A DNA stretch of 62,703 nt, filler included, from Choristocarpus tenellus KU-1152 (taxonomy: Eukaryota; Protista; Phaeophyceae): the NCBI GenBank assembly GCA_964200185.2. It is 8 parts of 8 records of this genome, joined end to end, with 100 filler letters (N's around TTAATTAATTAA, not from the genome) between each part and the next. Parts side by side here need not be neighbours in the genome. Positions count along the whole stretch, not along the records: positions 46,351 to 52,727 come from CAXNAD020008268.1; positions 52,828 to 62,703 come from CAXNAD020003315.1; 6 more parts are not named here. One strand, given 5' to 3'. The notes beneath the pieces are model-generated. The model saw only the letters and a program-made list of their open reading frames with translations, made no database searches and was not told where the DNA came from. Position numbers and translations under genes: made by a program. This document shows positions 50,230 through 62,703 of the stretch, in pieces; the first letter of the stretch is position 1, and each line of letters starts with the position of its first letter.

Positions 50230-51400
50230 TCAGGATTAAATCAACCCCCTAAACCAACCCCCGAACAAAGGATAGTATGCTTTTACATTCTTCATGCAAA
50301 ACATAGGACAACAGACCCTGACCAACAGCCCTGTTTGAACACATTGAAAACCCGACACATGCAATCAAAGAAACACTGCACTAACCCGAAAACAAAGGAT
50401 GGCATATTTCCCCCTTCTTCACGCTAAAACTAGGGACAACAGACCCTAACCGACAGCCCTGTTTGTGTACATACCAAATTCCACTCTTGTAACCAAAGAA
50501 ACAATAGACTGACCTACAGACAAACCATGGCATATCTTCTCATCCTTACTGCCAACCCTGGGACAACGGACCCTATTCGACAGCCTTGTTTTGTGTACAT
50601 ACGAAATCCGACATATGTAACCAAATAAACAAAAAACTAACCTGAAAATAGACCATGGTATATTGTTTCATTCCTCATGCTAACACTGGGACAACAGACC
50701 CTAATCGACAGCCCTGTTTGTGTATACACCAAATCCGACTCATGCAGCCAAAGAAACAATAGACCAACCTTAAAACAAACCGTGGCATATTTTCTCATCC
50801 TTCCTGCGAACCCTAGGACAAGAAACCCTAATCGACAGCCCTGTTTGTGTACATACGAAATCCGACACATCCAACCAAATAAACGAAAAAACAACTTGAA
50901 AACAGACCATGCAATATTTTTTCATTCCTCATGCAAACACTGGGACTATAGACCCTAACCCACAGCCCTGTTCGTGTACATACCAAATCCGACACATGCA
51001 ACCAAAAAAACAATAAACTCACCTAAAAACAAACCTAAAAAGCAATCCACGGTCTATTTTATCATTCTCCTTGCTAACACTGGGACAACAGACCCTAACC
51101 GACAGCCCTCTTTGTGTACATACCAAATCCCCACCAAACAACCAAACAAACGTTGAACTAACCCAAAAACAAATCATGGGATATTTTTCACTCTTCATGC
51201 GAACTCTTCGACAACATACCCCAACCAACAGCCCTGTTTAAACACATAGAAAATCCGACACATGCAGTCGTCGAAACTCCAAACTAACCCCCCAAGAATC
51301 TTGACACATTTCCGATTCTTCGTGCAAAGGCAATGACAAAACGGACCCTAACCAACTGCCCTCTTTGAACACATTGAAAATCCGACACGTGAAACCAAAT
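50230..51400. repeat. Tandem array of ~127-bp units (~9 copies)
   Basis: Core TGGGACAACAGACCCTAACCGACAGCCCTGTTTGTGTACATACCAAATCCGACAC recurs at about 50304, 50431, 50559, 50687, 50814, 50941, 51081, 51207 and 51332. Confidence 0.92.
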
Positions 51401-51477
51401 CACCTAAAAATGGGAAAATCGAAAAAAGAACCCAAAACGGATGCTGGCACCCCCCCCCCCCCAAGATACTTTGACCC
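51378..51477. mobile_element. Right end of a longer family-B element, continuous with the 127-bp array
   Basis: AAATCCGACACGTGAAACCAAATCAC...AAAATCGAAAAAAG...AAAACGGA...CCCCCCAAGATACTTTGACCC aligns with 57671-57777. Confidence 0.8.
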
Positions 51478-52827
51478 CTTCCGTGAGACTGAATCAATGG
51501 AACCCCTTAAGACACCAGTCCCACAGATAAAGGGCCTCTGTTTGTTCAGAGTTGTCAAACACCAAACGTTTACTTTGTTTTCACCTCTGTATATTCTGAT
51601 TAGTCTTTGTCATGATATTCTCATCACACCACAATGGTTTTTGGAAGTCCTTGGAGTCTTGCACTTGACCAACCTTAACCTCGTCCTCTCGTTTATGGTT
51701 CGTCTCGATCCGTCTGTTCTGTCTTGCCAGGTGATTCTCTTCACAACCCTTGCCTGAGTAAACCGCATCGCCACAGAATCATATTATTCATGTTCACCAT
51801 TATATATCTGGTCTATTTGATGCATACAGTACCCACCAATAAACGGTCATATGTGATAGCCATCTTCCGACCAAGGTATACCTTTAAAGCGACCTTGAGA
51901 AGATACACCTTAAGGTCTCTTACCTGATGATATCAGCATTATTTGCTCTTATTGAAGTAAATATCGCATGGTTTGAGTGGACCTTACAAACCCTTCACAT
52001 TCACTTTTTTTTGTCCACTCCCCCCTAAGTGATCTCCTGATTCCATCTGTTCGACACATATTGGAAATGTGAAATTTAAACTTTAGATCGTTTTTGTGAC
52101 CGACAGCTACCGTTGGCACCTGATCTCAGTCCAATCTGTTTCATCGCGCACACACAAGCGCATTGCGCGCACATTTCTTTGTCATAGTGACGTTCCGATA
52201 CACAAAAGAACTCTCGGACCGCTTGATGTTGACGGTCACAAATATATGACGTCATCCATCGGATCCAAGGTTCCACCCAAATCCCTCTAAGATTTGATGA
52301 CTAAGAGAACTTCGGGTTCGTTGGAATCAATGCCACCTTGAGGCAGCTGGTGATTTTGAACACGCCCCACAACTAGTTAGACCCTGTCTCACAGCATTTT
52401 CAAGATTCAACAAATGGTCTCAACAAAATTGTATAAAATGAAGTATTCACGTTACCTAAAAAAAGAAGTGTGTCGGGTTTGATTTCCAAAATACTCTCCT
52501 CACAATCAATACAACAGTGATATTCCTTGGAACAATTTCAAATTGTGTTCAACGTTTAGAATTGGCGACAAACATTTCTCGGATCCAATTAATGTACGAA
52601 TTATTCCTTTTTCATGAGAGAGACATCAATGATTTAAAGTTAATGTCAGGGACAGGTTCCTTTTTTGGGTTCTCCGACACACACATATGAATAAGACGTG
52701 CGGTCATATACAATTGCGCGCGCCAACNNNNNNNNNNNNNNNNNNNNNNNNNNNNNNNNNNNNNNNNNNNNTTAATTAATTAANNNNNNNNNNNNNNNNN
52801 NNNNNNNNNNNNNNNNNNNNNNNNNNN

Positions 52828-52863
<36 letters not shown>

Positions 52864-53360
52864 TCTAACTGTGTCACGGCTTCTGGGACAGAGTAAACAA
52901 CAGCTACCCAGGTTTTGGCCGTTTTTGCATTTTAATTATATTTTTTCTACACTTTGCAATTTTCCCACGTTTCTATGGATGAAGATCCAAATTTTTCTCG
53001 AGAGCGGTCATTTCTCTCTACTCTATATTGTTTGAAACTTTTCAACACGATTCAGAAGCAATGCGCATTTTTTTTAAGAAGTCAAATTTTGCACTTTTTT
53101 TGCCAGCATCCATAAAATGCAACTCTGGGAACCTCTCGCTTACTTTGACTCAGTTCTGCTGTTGTTGATATTTTAGGGGGAAGGCACTGTTAGCATCAAT
53201 GACAGCAGAAGTATTCTGGATTCGTGTACCCTCCCTCAATAACTGGGGAGGGGTAGAAGACGACTTTCAACAATAATGGGTTTGGGGATATTGCTAGGGT
53301 GAATGCACCCTACTAGCTCGGTGTGAAAAATTCATCCCATCATTTGTTCATTTAGTAATT

Positions 53361-53624
53361 TAGTCGAAGTATCTTAGAGGGTAGAGCTGTGTCCGTTTGT
53401 GGGCCAAAATCCAATAATGCGATTTTGATGTAATTTTGGCTATTGTGTTTGTTAGGAAGTAGGTGTCAATATCCTTGTTCCAGACACACCTTTCCATAAC
53501 GTATACATTTCACACACTCCGAAACACTTTGTAGCAGGTAAAATGTCATTTAAAAGAACGTGGGAAGTCAAGCCCCAAATAGACAAACAGGGCAAAACTC
53601 GTACCCTCTAAGATAGTTTCACTC
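53361..53624. mobile_element. MITE family A copy, 264 bp
   Basis: Termini TAGTCGAAGTATCTTAGAGGG...CCCTCTAAGATAGTTTCACTC; internal sequence matches the other copies; flanks ATT/TTT. Confidence 0.85.
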
Positions 53625-56600
53625 TTTATTGTTTATAGGTGTTGCATGTCTCCTATTGGCTACCCCGTTCAATGAAGTGGATGCTGGTAAGGATTGAAAC
53701 GGAGAGGAATGAGAATATGCCTTCTTCTGACAACAAGAATACCTTCTCCATCGATTTTCACCCCTGAGATCATCAGTAACACAACGCCATTGCCACAATA
53801 AACGGCACAGGGTTCATCTTTATGACTTGGTGAAAGGGGAGGAATAGTAAGAATAGGAATAGAGATCGTGGTTTTTTAAAGAGAACAATAAGAAAAATCT
53901 TGGGATGATATTTGACCCCATAGTTCCAGGAAGTACCAGTAGCATATACCATGGTTTGAGACCAAAGAGCGTAGTACCGGTTAACCCTTGCTATCCATCT
54001 TATTCTCATTTCTTCTACACAAAGTAGTGGATTTTCAGGAATTGGGACAGGGAAATAGATCTGTAGATAGGGGGGAGTACCATCATTGATCTTGCCTATG
54101 AGGTACCAACAAAGAAATAAACTTACACACACATATTGCATAAAAGTAACTGCATATTGATGTAGTCAGTAAGTAGGCGATTACTTAAATATATAGATAC
54201 ATTTATACACCTTGTATAACTCAAACCCGTGCGATACATAGGCATAGACCCTCCTGGTACAAACTAATCTGTTTAGTACTTCATAATGCAGTACAATGTT
54301 TTAATACCAATATTGAAAGGGTAAGAAAATTGAAGCGCACTGGTTAAACTTCACATGTAATGGAAATGCCGTTGAAAGATGGTGAGATCGATCCAAGCAA
54401 CCTGACCTCACTATTACTGTTGTCCTTGTAAGTCGTGAGGTTCTTGTACCATGGTCTTGAGCGTTTTTGGTTCGACTTGCAAAACTGACGAGGGCAAATG
54501 CACATTGATGTCTCAAACACCTTTTGCAGAGAATGTATCGTATTAATGAATAGTTTTGGATGCATCAAGCCCAGAAATCAGGTGTTCATGTCTTACTAAT
54601 ACTGGTGATCGCTCTCTCTCTTTCTAGGAACCTTACAGTACACTGCCAGGGGTCACTAAGCACCCTAAACTCCATCCAAGGGAGACCAAGGCTCCTCCCC
54701 GCCATTCAGGTCCCCCTTCCACTCATCGATGAACAAAATTATATCTGTTTCCCCTTACGCATCCTCCCCCCCCCCACCGTCTCACCCATCTATCTGTTGT
54801 GGATAGGGCTGCTATGGACCTTCAATGCGACATCGACCGGAAAATATGGAGATGAAGGGTGGCGAAAATGGGCACCTGATAGACCAGAATAACCAACTCG
54901 ACCAGACAACTCCACACTCGCCTCAGCCTTTGTTGGGCAACCAAGGCTTCTGAGATGGGAGGCAGACCTTTATACGTGTGAGCCCATTGGCTCTGATGAG
55001 AGTGGGTGGTGGCCCTGGCGAAAGAAGATGGTGTAAGGTCATGGCAATTCAATGCTAAGAATTGAGCAGTTGTGGTAGGCCACCGCAATAGTGTTCTTCC
55101 AGCCCGAGGTTACCATTGTGCAATGTATATGCACCTGCTGTAATGATATGTAAAATGGGACAGTGAAGCTCATGAAGAACACAGTATAGAGTGTGGGGAA
55201 GGAGACTGAGGGTTTCCAGTCCCCATTTGTGAAGGGCAGAAGAGGCAGCCTCAGTCGGTGCAGTCCATTGCTGTGAGAATAAATTTTGAAGGGGAACATA
55301 TTTGCCAGGATCGTTCAAAGGGAAGGAAGAAGGATGAAGAGGTGGATGATGGTATGATGTACCTGATGTTCTTCATTACACTGGGTGGGTTAAATTTGGG
55401 TGTGATCGCGATCACAATGTGGTATCTATAAAGGAACAGTGCTTTGGTATAGAAACCGCAGCGCTTCCGGATACTGAATGTGGTTTGAGGCTCTCTGTTT
55501 GTCTGGATATGTACTCGGTAAATATGTGCCTTCAGTCTTGGTACCTACCTTGTATGTACGGAGTGTTGTTCGAGTGGTACCAATCTTCTTGTATGCACCT
55601 AGAAATAGCCACATTATACATAGTGTAGCAGTGTCAAAATTCAGGAACAGGACATTCAGAGGTCACTGACCATGAGAACTGCATCGTCCTACCATACTTG
55701 AATCTCTTGTCTGAGGATTGATGTTGACATACGTTTGTGTGTATGATTAGAGCATATATGATCATTATTGTGTTTTGTGTGTGTCAAACAATATAAAAAC
55801 TTCAGAGACACAAGACGTGGCACCATCAACATTTTCACCAGTGTATGTGTTCTCCTGCTGCTTTTCTCTTACTCAACTTCTTGGATTGTATCTATGGCAG
55901 GAGTGTATAATGAATTTCAGAGTGCGCACTTCAGTCAGTGAGGAAACTACAAGTCTGTGGCATTGATGCAATGGAGGTCAATTATTTCAATCTGTTTAAC
56001 CTCTGTCAACAAGCGCAGGGATATACACCAATAATATTTGCTCTAGAACGAACTAGATTTGTGAACTTGTAGGCATCAATCTCCAATCAATTGGTTCAAT
56101 TAACCTCTCTAAATTATTGTAAATCTTTGAGAAAGTTGGGGGGGAGGGGGGGGTTCTTCGTCGTACGCTCCTAGCACTATACCTGGGACCACTGCTTAAA
56201 TTCCAATCAGTAGAACTTTGTTTTGCTGCTGGTGCATAGCTTCGCACCAAAATTGATGACTAAGAACTACTGGTTGCTCGTCATCTTCCTAAAATAATGA
56301 ATGGTGGTTTGAATGTGTCCTACATGGTGCCCTCACTGTCAAACACAGTTCTCCACACGTCAGATCACTTGGTGCCTTAGAACAGCAGAAATATACTAAG
56401 CTGTACGGCTGGAGTTCTACATCGTCATGAATGAATGAATGTCAAACAATAGTAATTCATTGCATTGATGAGAGCCACGTGAATTGTTGTGAGCCTTTTT
56501 GCAAGAGATATATTCAGACACTGAAAACAAAGTAAATCACCTGCACAGTTCCTGCAACACGCCTTTTCGAAGCAAAGTATTTATCTGTGCCGAAAAAACG

Positions 56601-57588
56601 TTTTGTGTCTCCCACTTGCTAAGTAGAATTCTTAACTTTCGAACGAGTAAAAAGAGTTGCATGCATCTTGTGGAGCTTGATGAAACAGAAGTGGTCACTT
56701 TTGTCTCGCTATTATTCGTTAAGTGAGACGTTGAGACCCTATAATGAGGTGTGTAATGAATTAGACTGGAAAATTGTTCATCTTCCACTTTATGAAGCAG
56801 ATCTATCAAGGCCTTCCAAAGCAAAGTTGGGCCGTACATTTTGCAAAGATCCATTAAATACTGACGATCATATATTGGAGTGCGACCTCTTCGCCACTGA
56901 TTTCCAGTCACCACCCCAACATTCAACCCCACACAACCCCACACCACTCAATCCCATACCGCTTACCACTCCACCACACCATTCGATACCACTCAGCCCC
57001 CCAACACTTTCCCCCACTTTCCACTCACCCCACACCGCTCAACACCACTCCGCAATCATCCAAGAACACCCCTTCATCATCCATTTCATACTGTGCCTTT
57101 GAACTAAAAGACACCTACCACGCCCGAACTTGACCTCCCCCCCCTTTCCCAGCATCCCAATCGGTCGTGAGCAAGCAAAAGGGTGGATGGGCAAGAGAGC
57201 TTGCTCGGGCGTTGTCTTGTTTTAACCCTCCTCGTCCTGTACCACCAGCCCTAGGTTTTCTTTACATTCTGACCATTCCTTCTTACCTTGTGCCTCCACC
57301 TACTACCATCCACCTCTTTAACTTCTCTCCTACCTCTTCTGCCAGTTAGCTACTCGGTATTTAACTCTTCGTTCACCCATTAACTACTTTTTCTTTTTCC
57401 TTCCTCACATCTCCCTTCCCTGTACCACATTCCTACCGGAATTTTCCAGCCCACAAAACTCAGATTACTTCATAAAGTTTTCCAATCCCTCTGACACTTT
57501 GAGACGTGTCAGAGAAAAAAGTCAATTCAATACCCTAAGTAAGGACAAGCTACATTGCATCATTGACCCGTAAATCGAAACCGAAAAT

Positions 57589-57777
57589 GGGTCAAAGTAT
57601 CTGGGGCGGGGGGGTGGTTTGTGAGGGGGCGTCCGTTTAGGTCAAACAACTCTTTTTTTGCTGACATTTCAAATCCGACACGTGCGACCAAATCACACCA
57701 AAAAAGTGAAAATCGAAAAAAGGGCGAAAAAAGGGCGAAAAACGGACGCCGACATCCCCCCCCAGATACGTTGACCC
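57589..57777. mobile_element. MITE family B (G-rich TIR), complete 189-bp copy
   Basis: GGGTCAAAGTATCTGGGGCGGGGGG...CCCCCCCCAGATACGTTGACCC, flanked by AAAT/AAAT. Confidence 0.85.
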
Positions 57778-58189
57778 AAATCTTGGGATGCATTATTCGG
57801 TTATTTTTTTTTCTCTACAATATTTTGAGGAGAAGAACAAAGGGACACAAACACGGAAGCACCATTAACATATGTAGGACTCCATAATAATAAGCGACAA
57901 GGGTGCCCTGGTACTCTAAAGGCGGTGAGGGCGGGTACCTACACGTGTAAGGCGCCGATCCATCTGAGGGATACATCCTTCCTGTGTGGAGGATGGTGGC
58001 AAGGAAGGTGAACGGTCAGATGAAGATGCAGAATTTGCCAGTGATCATCAATGGTAAAGGTGGGTCGCTTGCTGTACCAAGACCACTATAACACGACCCA
58101 CCAATGCATAGATCTACGTTTGGTGTGAGTGACTGGTATAGTGTTCAATGGGGAAAGAGTAGAAGATCCCATGACATCAGCTCAGGCAG

Positions 58190-59400
58190 GTATGGGTGCC
58201 AATTCAAAGTCCAAGTCAGCCCAAGGAACGCCTGGAGGAGATGTACAGGGTGTTGAGGATTGGGCCGAAAAAAGTGAATGTAGGATGTAGCATCGACTTG
58301 GCAATCCACTTATTCCATGGTGAACCGCTTCCTGCACCTCAAATACACCATCATTCTTCAAGATGAGAACAGTAATGTTCACCCACAACACATGGGATTT
58401 GAGTGGAAGGGAGTAGTTGGAATAGGAAAGTGAAACAGAATTTGTAAGCGCTTCTTCAGGTGAAACGGAGTGTAGAAATAATCTTCAGCTATCAGACCTG
58501 TTGACAAGTACTGTATATATATTGAAATCTATCAGACACTCCCAAGTTCTTCGTCCTCTACATTGCATCTGTTACAGTGTCTCAAATTGTCTCCATTACC
58601 TATTATGTATGGGTGGAGTTGGAGAAAGCAGTGCCAGACTGCAGCGCCTTCAAAGTCACCGCCCCTGCAGAGGCGGAAGCGAAAAATGCTGCATGCCAGT
58701 GTGTAAGTGCGATGTTGTTATCTGATTTTGCGAGCCGTTTTGATACAGGAAGAATATTGCCCAGTACTCTGAGGGTGAGAACAGAAAGCCCAGAGGGTTA
58801 AAGCGGAAGAAAGTCGTGGCTACTTGTCTGGACCCAACAACTAAAACCCTCACGGGATTCCAGAGAACGAGCACGATGAATACATTGCAAGGGGGTGAAT
58901 TGGAAGTTCTAGGCATTGCGAAGGAGGAGCACAGAGCACAGGGGACAGAGAATAGTCCAGGGGTGGAACTAAGCCCACATCGACGTCCTGTACACTTTGA
59001 GTGCGGGGGGAGCCATCCCATGAATGGCACAAGGGGGTTCACAAGAGCTTTCCATGCAATAGGTATGGGGAGTTTAGCTGCTGCTGGTGGAATATCGGAA
59101 CACACTGTTGGGGAACATAGGGACGAAGCAGTGCATGTAGAAGGAGAACACTCTACAATTGATATGAACAGTGGAGCTTACAACAAACCACCTGCTCAAG
59201 TGGTGGCGGGAAAGGAGGTCAAGATTTCCGTGCCTGACAAAATTGCCCGCCGTATTTTGGCTTTCCTGCTACACAAGCAGAATAAGAGTGCATGTTTTCA
59301 ACATCTGGGTGTATCGTGAACTAGTAACGAGCAGGCTGGACTCGTTAGGTTATGTACAGGACCTGCATGAAGGCGGATGCATGAGAGGATGCCAAGAAAG
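58190..59400 (+). mobile_element. Degenerate hAT-superfamily transposase, C-terminal half (pseudogene)
   Basis: hAT motifs in the expected order across frames: DVASTWQSTYSMVNRFLHLK (~58283, cf. DVxTRWNSTY), SVTVSQIV, VATCLDPTTKTL (~58816, cf. ATxLDPRFK), and the dimerisation domain LLKWWRERRSRFPCLTK/IARRILAF/PATQAE*ECMFSTSG (59190-59310). Stops and frameshifts present; no TIRs identified. Confidence 0.8.
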
Positions 59401-60203
59401 GTCATCTAAAGGTTACCACCGGAAGACTAAAGTAGCAACGATGTGAAACCACACTAACACATACACCTACAAACATACACTAAAATGGTGTAACATTTTA
59501 CGTTGGATATTCATTCAGTGAAACTCTGATAACTCTTCGGTCCCTTCTCCCAAAATATACATTAACTAAGTAAAGTCTCTCAGGCATCATCACATCAAAG
59601 TAAATCTAGTGATGGGAAAAAAGAACACCGAGGTGAATACCTAAATTTTTCGCCTGTATAATGGGGTCCTTCAGCAGTAGTTGGGGGATCTTTTTGAATC
59701 ATCCCATACACTCTACGATTCTAGTGGCGTACATCCAAAATTTTCTACCTGATTCAACTTCTAAACTCATAAATACTTTCGATTTACAACACTCTCCTCT
59801 ATTTTCATCTCTTAAAAAGAGTTTCACTACGACAGACCACCACTACTACTGCTAGTAGTACTACTACTATGTTGTATTAATACAAACCTACGTACAACAT
59901 ACGACGTTGATGTCGTATGGTACATTTTGGTAGATGACACCACTCCCAAAGTTTCGACCGTTTCATTTTCTTTGAAGACCCATAACACCAATCATTTCTG
60001 TGGCAGATGCAGGCATCACTTGAAGCAAGCATTTCAGCCCCGCTGACGGTACCAGGAGTGTATTGCGTGGGCAATTTCTGAGAAAGATGAAGATGATTTC
60101 ATGTTGATGCACATCTTGAGCTTAAAGGTATCTTGACAGATCACTAGGCTGACTGTGGTCGAGTTCCACCTCACCATCACTCCTTGACGTTCACAAGTAT
60201 AGG

Positions 60204-62703
60204 ATGGGACGGATAGTAGAAAGGAGTGGGCGGATACGCTTCCAGTCTGCCGTCAACCATGGTCGATCCAGACACGGCGGAATAAGGGATGGAGCAAGAT
60301 CTGGAGGTGGGGAGAAGAGGCGGACGGTGGAAGGTTTTGGACTCTCATCAGGACCAAGTGTTGCTAAATGGGGTGGACAGGACCAACTCAAGGACAAAGC
60401 ACAGGCCGTCAAGCTTTTCAAGTCCATGAAGGCCTCCTCAGATATTTCAAGGGGACCAAAATTCGTTGGAAATGGGATGAGACAAAATACTGCTCACGTT
60501 CGCTCGCACATTACAGGGCAGGGCAAGGGATATTCAGGAAGGGACACTGATGACCTCCTCAAGATCGGGTTGGCCCAATCTCGACGGAGGATAGAGTTTC
60601 GGAAGGCATCTCACCCTTCCGCAGTATTCTCCCCCGGTGGTTTCTCTCAAGGAGTCAACGTTGTCCATGACAAGGTTAGCCACAAGCTCTCAACACCTTT
60701 ACTCAGCGCTACGGACCGTAGTGAGGGAGACAACGAGGCTAGTTCGCGAGGGGACGAGGAGCAGAGACTGGCAAGATTGACCGACAAAACCATAGGACTT
60801 CCACCCCCGGATAAGGTACTGTATTGTTGTTACGTTATAGTTTCTTACTCGTGGTAAGTTACCTCATTCCGGCTGCTCTCCCGTTACTTGAGTTTTTCAG
60901 TCCACCATTCTCGGTACAACTGGTAGTCACCCCCTTCCTCCCCTTCTCTTAACCCTATTGGCCCCTCATCAGGGCCTATACCCAGACTCTTTGGTCAAGG
61001 CAGTTTTGTCATGGTCGAAGGTGTACCGGGTAGGGCCGGGACTGAATAACCTCGGAAATACCTGCTTCTTGAACTCCACTTTACAGTGCCTCACATACCT
61101 GCCACCCCTGGCCCAGCATCTGCTCACAGCCAAGTATGCCTCTCAGGTAAGATCTATCGCAAGTTAGTTTTTTACCTAGTACCGTGTAGAACAGATGTGT
61201 CTGCTTTCTACACTTGAAGCCATTTCTAGTACAAACGAGCCCTTGTGCTCCACCGTCTTAGTGAAAACATGCATTCAAAGAATGCAATTGCAGCTTTTTC
61301 TATAGTGGGAAACACCTCATTTGAACTGCTGCATATCATCCTTACTCGGAAACCATCAAATCACCGCTGTATCAAGCATACTTCGGGAAGTATCCCACTA
61401 AATGCTGGCATTGAGGGATATCATGTCTACTTGTGTTGGGGTAGGTTGAGATGTGTGCTGGCCCTATCTTGTCGCACTCTCTAAGATAATTTGAACAGGA
61501 TGCGCTGCCGTGTATGTGGTGACTCTTGTTTGCTCTATTTTTGGGGAAAATCTCTACCAACATCATCCTAATATTCGTAAAGGGTATCATGAATGTTCTA
61601 ACATGAGATGCCTTCCCTCGGAGTTCCAAACAAAAAGATGCTGAATCAACCAATGTGAAACCTTCTCCATATCTACGTCAGAAACCTTCAAATTCCCTTT
61701 GCTTGACTCGTGTTTTAGGTAATGCGTTGGGGATAATCTTTGTTGAAATTGTGTCTGGCCCTTCCTTCGTCCCGTCTTGCCTAAATTATTGTGTGTTTGA
61801 AATTGTGTTGGCAGCAGTGTATTTTGTTGTACAGGCACGCCTTCCTAGTGCGGTGTCATCGACTGCAGTTCTGTAGACGATCGTTTCCATGTACTGCTGG
61901 ACACGTCTTCCCGCATTCCAATGAATGTTTTTTGCCTCCATTTCTTACACCTGCTGTATTGTATTGGTAATCCCCGTGTGTTGGTTAGAGTGTGGTGGCT
62001 AGATTTAGGACAGTGCAGGCAGGTAACTGCGTACATCGTCCTGGGTAGAAAAATAAAAAAAAGCAAGATGTGAGATGTGGGCAGCAGTCCGTTGTTGTTA
62101 GGAACTGAGTGAGGTCATCAAAGAGGAGCTTTTCCGTTTTGAGTTTTTGAGGGGCCCTGATGACCGGCTTGTGGTATGTGCTTTGAGCAATACTAATGCA
62201 GAGAGTGCTTTCGGCTGGCGAGATATTTACAGGCAATCTTCTGTAGCCACACCCTCTTAAGGGAGGTTGGGTGCATTTCAGGCATGGGCGTAGTGTGTGT
62301 GTACTACGCAAGCAAGGTTCAAATGGTCCTTAGAACTCAGAAGGGCCAAAGCCGACCCCCCTCTTAAGATGTTTTCAATCTGTCGTGTTTCCTATTCTAC
62401 TGTGTTTTCCCCTCTCCCCCCTCTCCCCCCCATCCCCCTGAGCCTCACCCTTATTCCCTTTTCCTTCCGGTATTAACAGTCAGTAGATGAGAATGAGACT
62501 TTTTTTTGCAGGACCCTACCCGCGTTCACACGCACTGTGCTGAAAGAACCACACTATACGTGTATACTTATTTTATTTATTTATTTTCTTCCCAGGGAAA
62601 TTCGTCCAATTTTTTTGGAGGTCAAGGGGGAAAGAACAGTGCATGGGGGGGGGGGCAGAGGGGGGGAAGGGAGTACAACAGGTTGGAGATAATGGCTATC
62701 ATG
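60204..62703 (+). CDS. Ubiquitin-specific protease (peptidase C19, USP36/USP42/UBP23-like), 5' partial gene running off the window
   Basis: Exons 60204-60815, 60973-61146 and 62596-end are all phase 0 with GT/AG ends. Exon 2 has the Cys box RVGPGLNNLGNTCFLNSTLQCLTYLPPLAQHLL, preceded by PPPDKGLYP...LSW as in the USP36/42 group. Confidence 0.88.

Noticed and set aside
49499-50239. 246-aa ORF as a protein-coding gene
   Set aside because: Low-complexity T/L/P translation of CCCTAA-like DNA with no domain.
50230-51400. CRISPR-like repeat/spacer array
   Set aside because: The variable parts are homologous to each other along the whole unit (no unique spacers), no cas genes are present, and the context is eukaryotic.
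53650-57100. Short ORFs with protein-like patches (e.g. 56668-57102)
   Set aside because: No recognisable motif or consistent splice structure; cannot be supported.
1-62703. tRNA/rRNA genes, Fanzor/TnpB, reverse transcriptase or prokaryotic-type defence operons
   Set aside because: No diagnostic motifs were recognised by eye; absence was not confirmed computationally.

Overview
Eukaryotic nuclear DNA from a gapped draft scaffold, most likely an ochrophyte of the brown-algal type. This rests on a signal peptide + 'ASAF' plastid-targeting motif, intron-rich genes and (CCCTAA)n tracts; the taxon is inferred. Four host genes are supported. (1) An 18-exon kinesin-12/KIF15-like gene (22010->9582, minus, ~2158 aa) whose stalk carries 13 tandem 35-aa repeats. 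(2) An intronless, plastid-targeted EF-hand + Tic20-family fusion gene (27691-28920). (3) A partial GT8 glycogenin-like glycosyltransferase (~44.1-46.0 kb). (4) The 5' part of a USP36/42-like deubiquitinase (60204 to window end). The rest is largely transposon-derived: a decayed, intron-rich DUF7869/Sola-like DDD transposase gene (37.8-41.75 kb), a decayed hAT transposase (58.2-59.4 kb), nine copies or ends of a TIR family (GRGTCAAAGTATCT...AGATACTTTSACYC), one of them preceded by a ~127-bp tandem array, and a second repeat family with a long hairpin. Seven N-TTAATTAATTAA-N blocks are assembly linkers. The best candidates for something new are the Ca2+-binding Tic20 fusion and the spliced transposase together with the co-occurring MITE/satellite family. 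All calls were made by eye; no database search was run.
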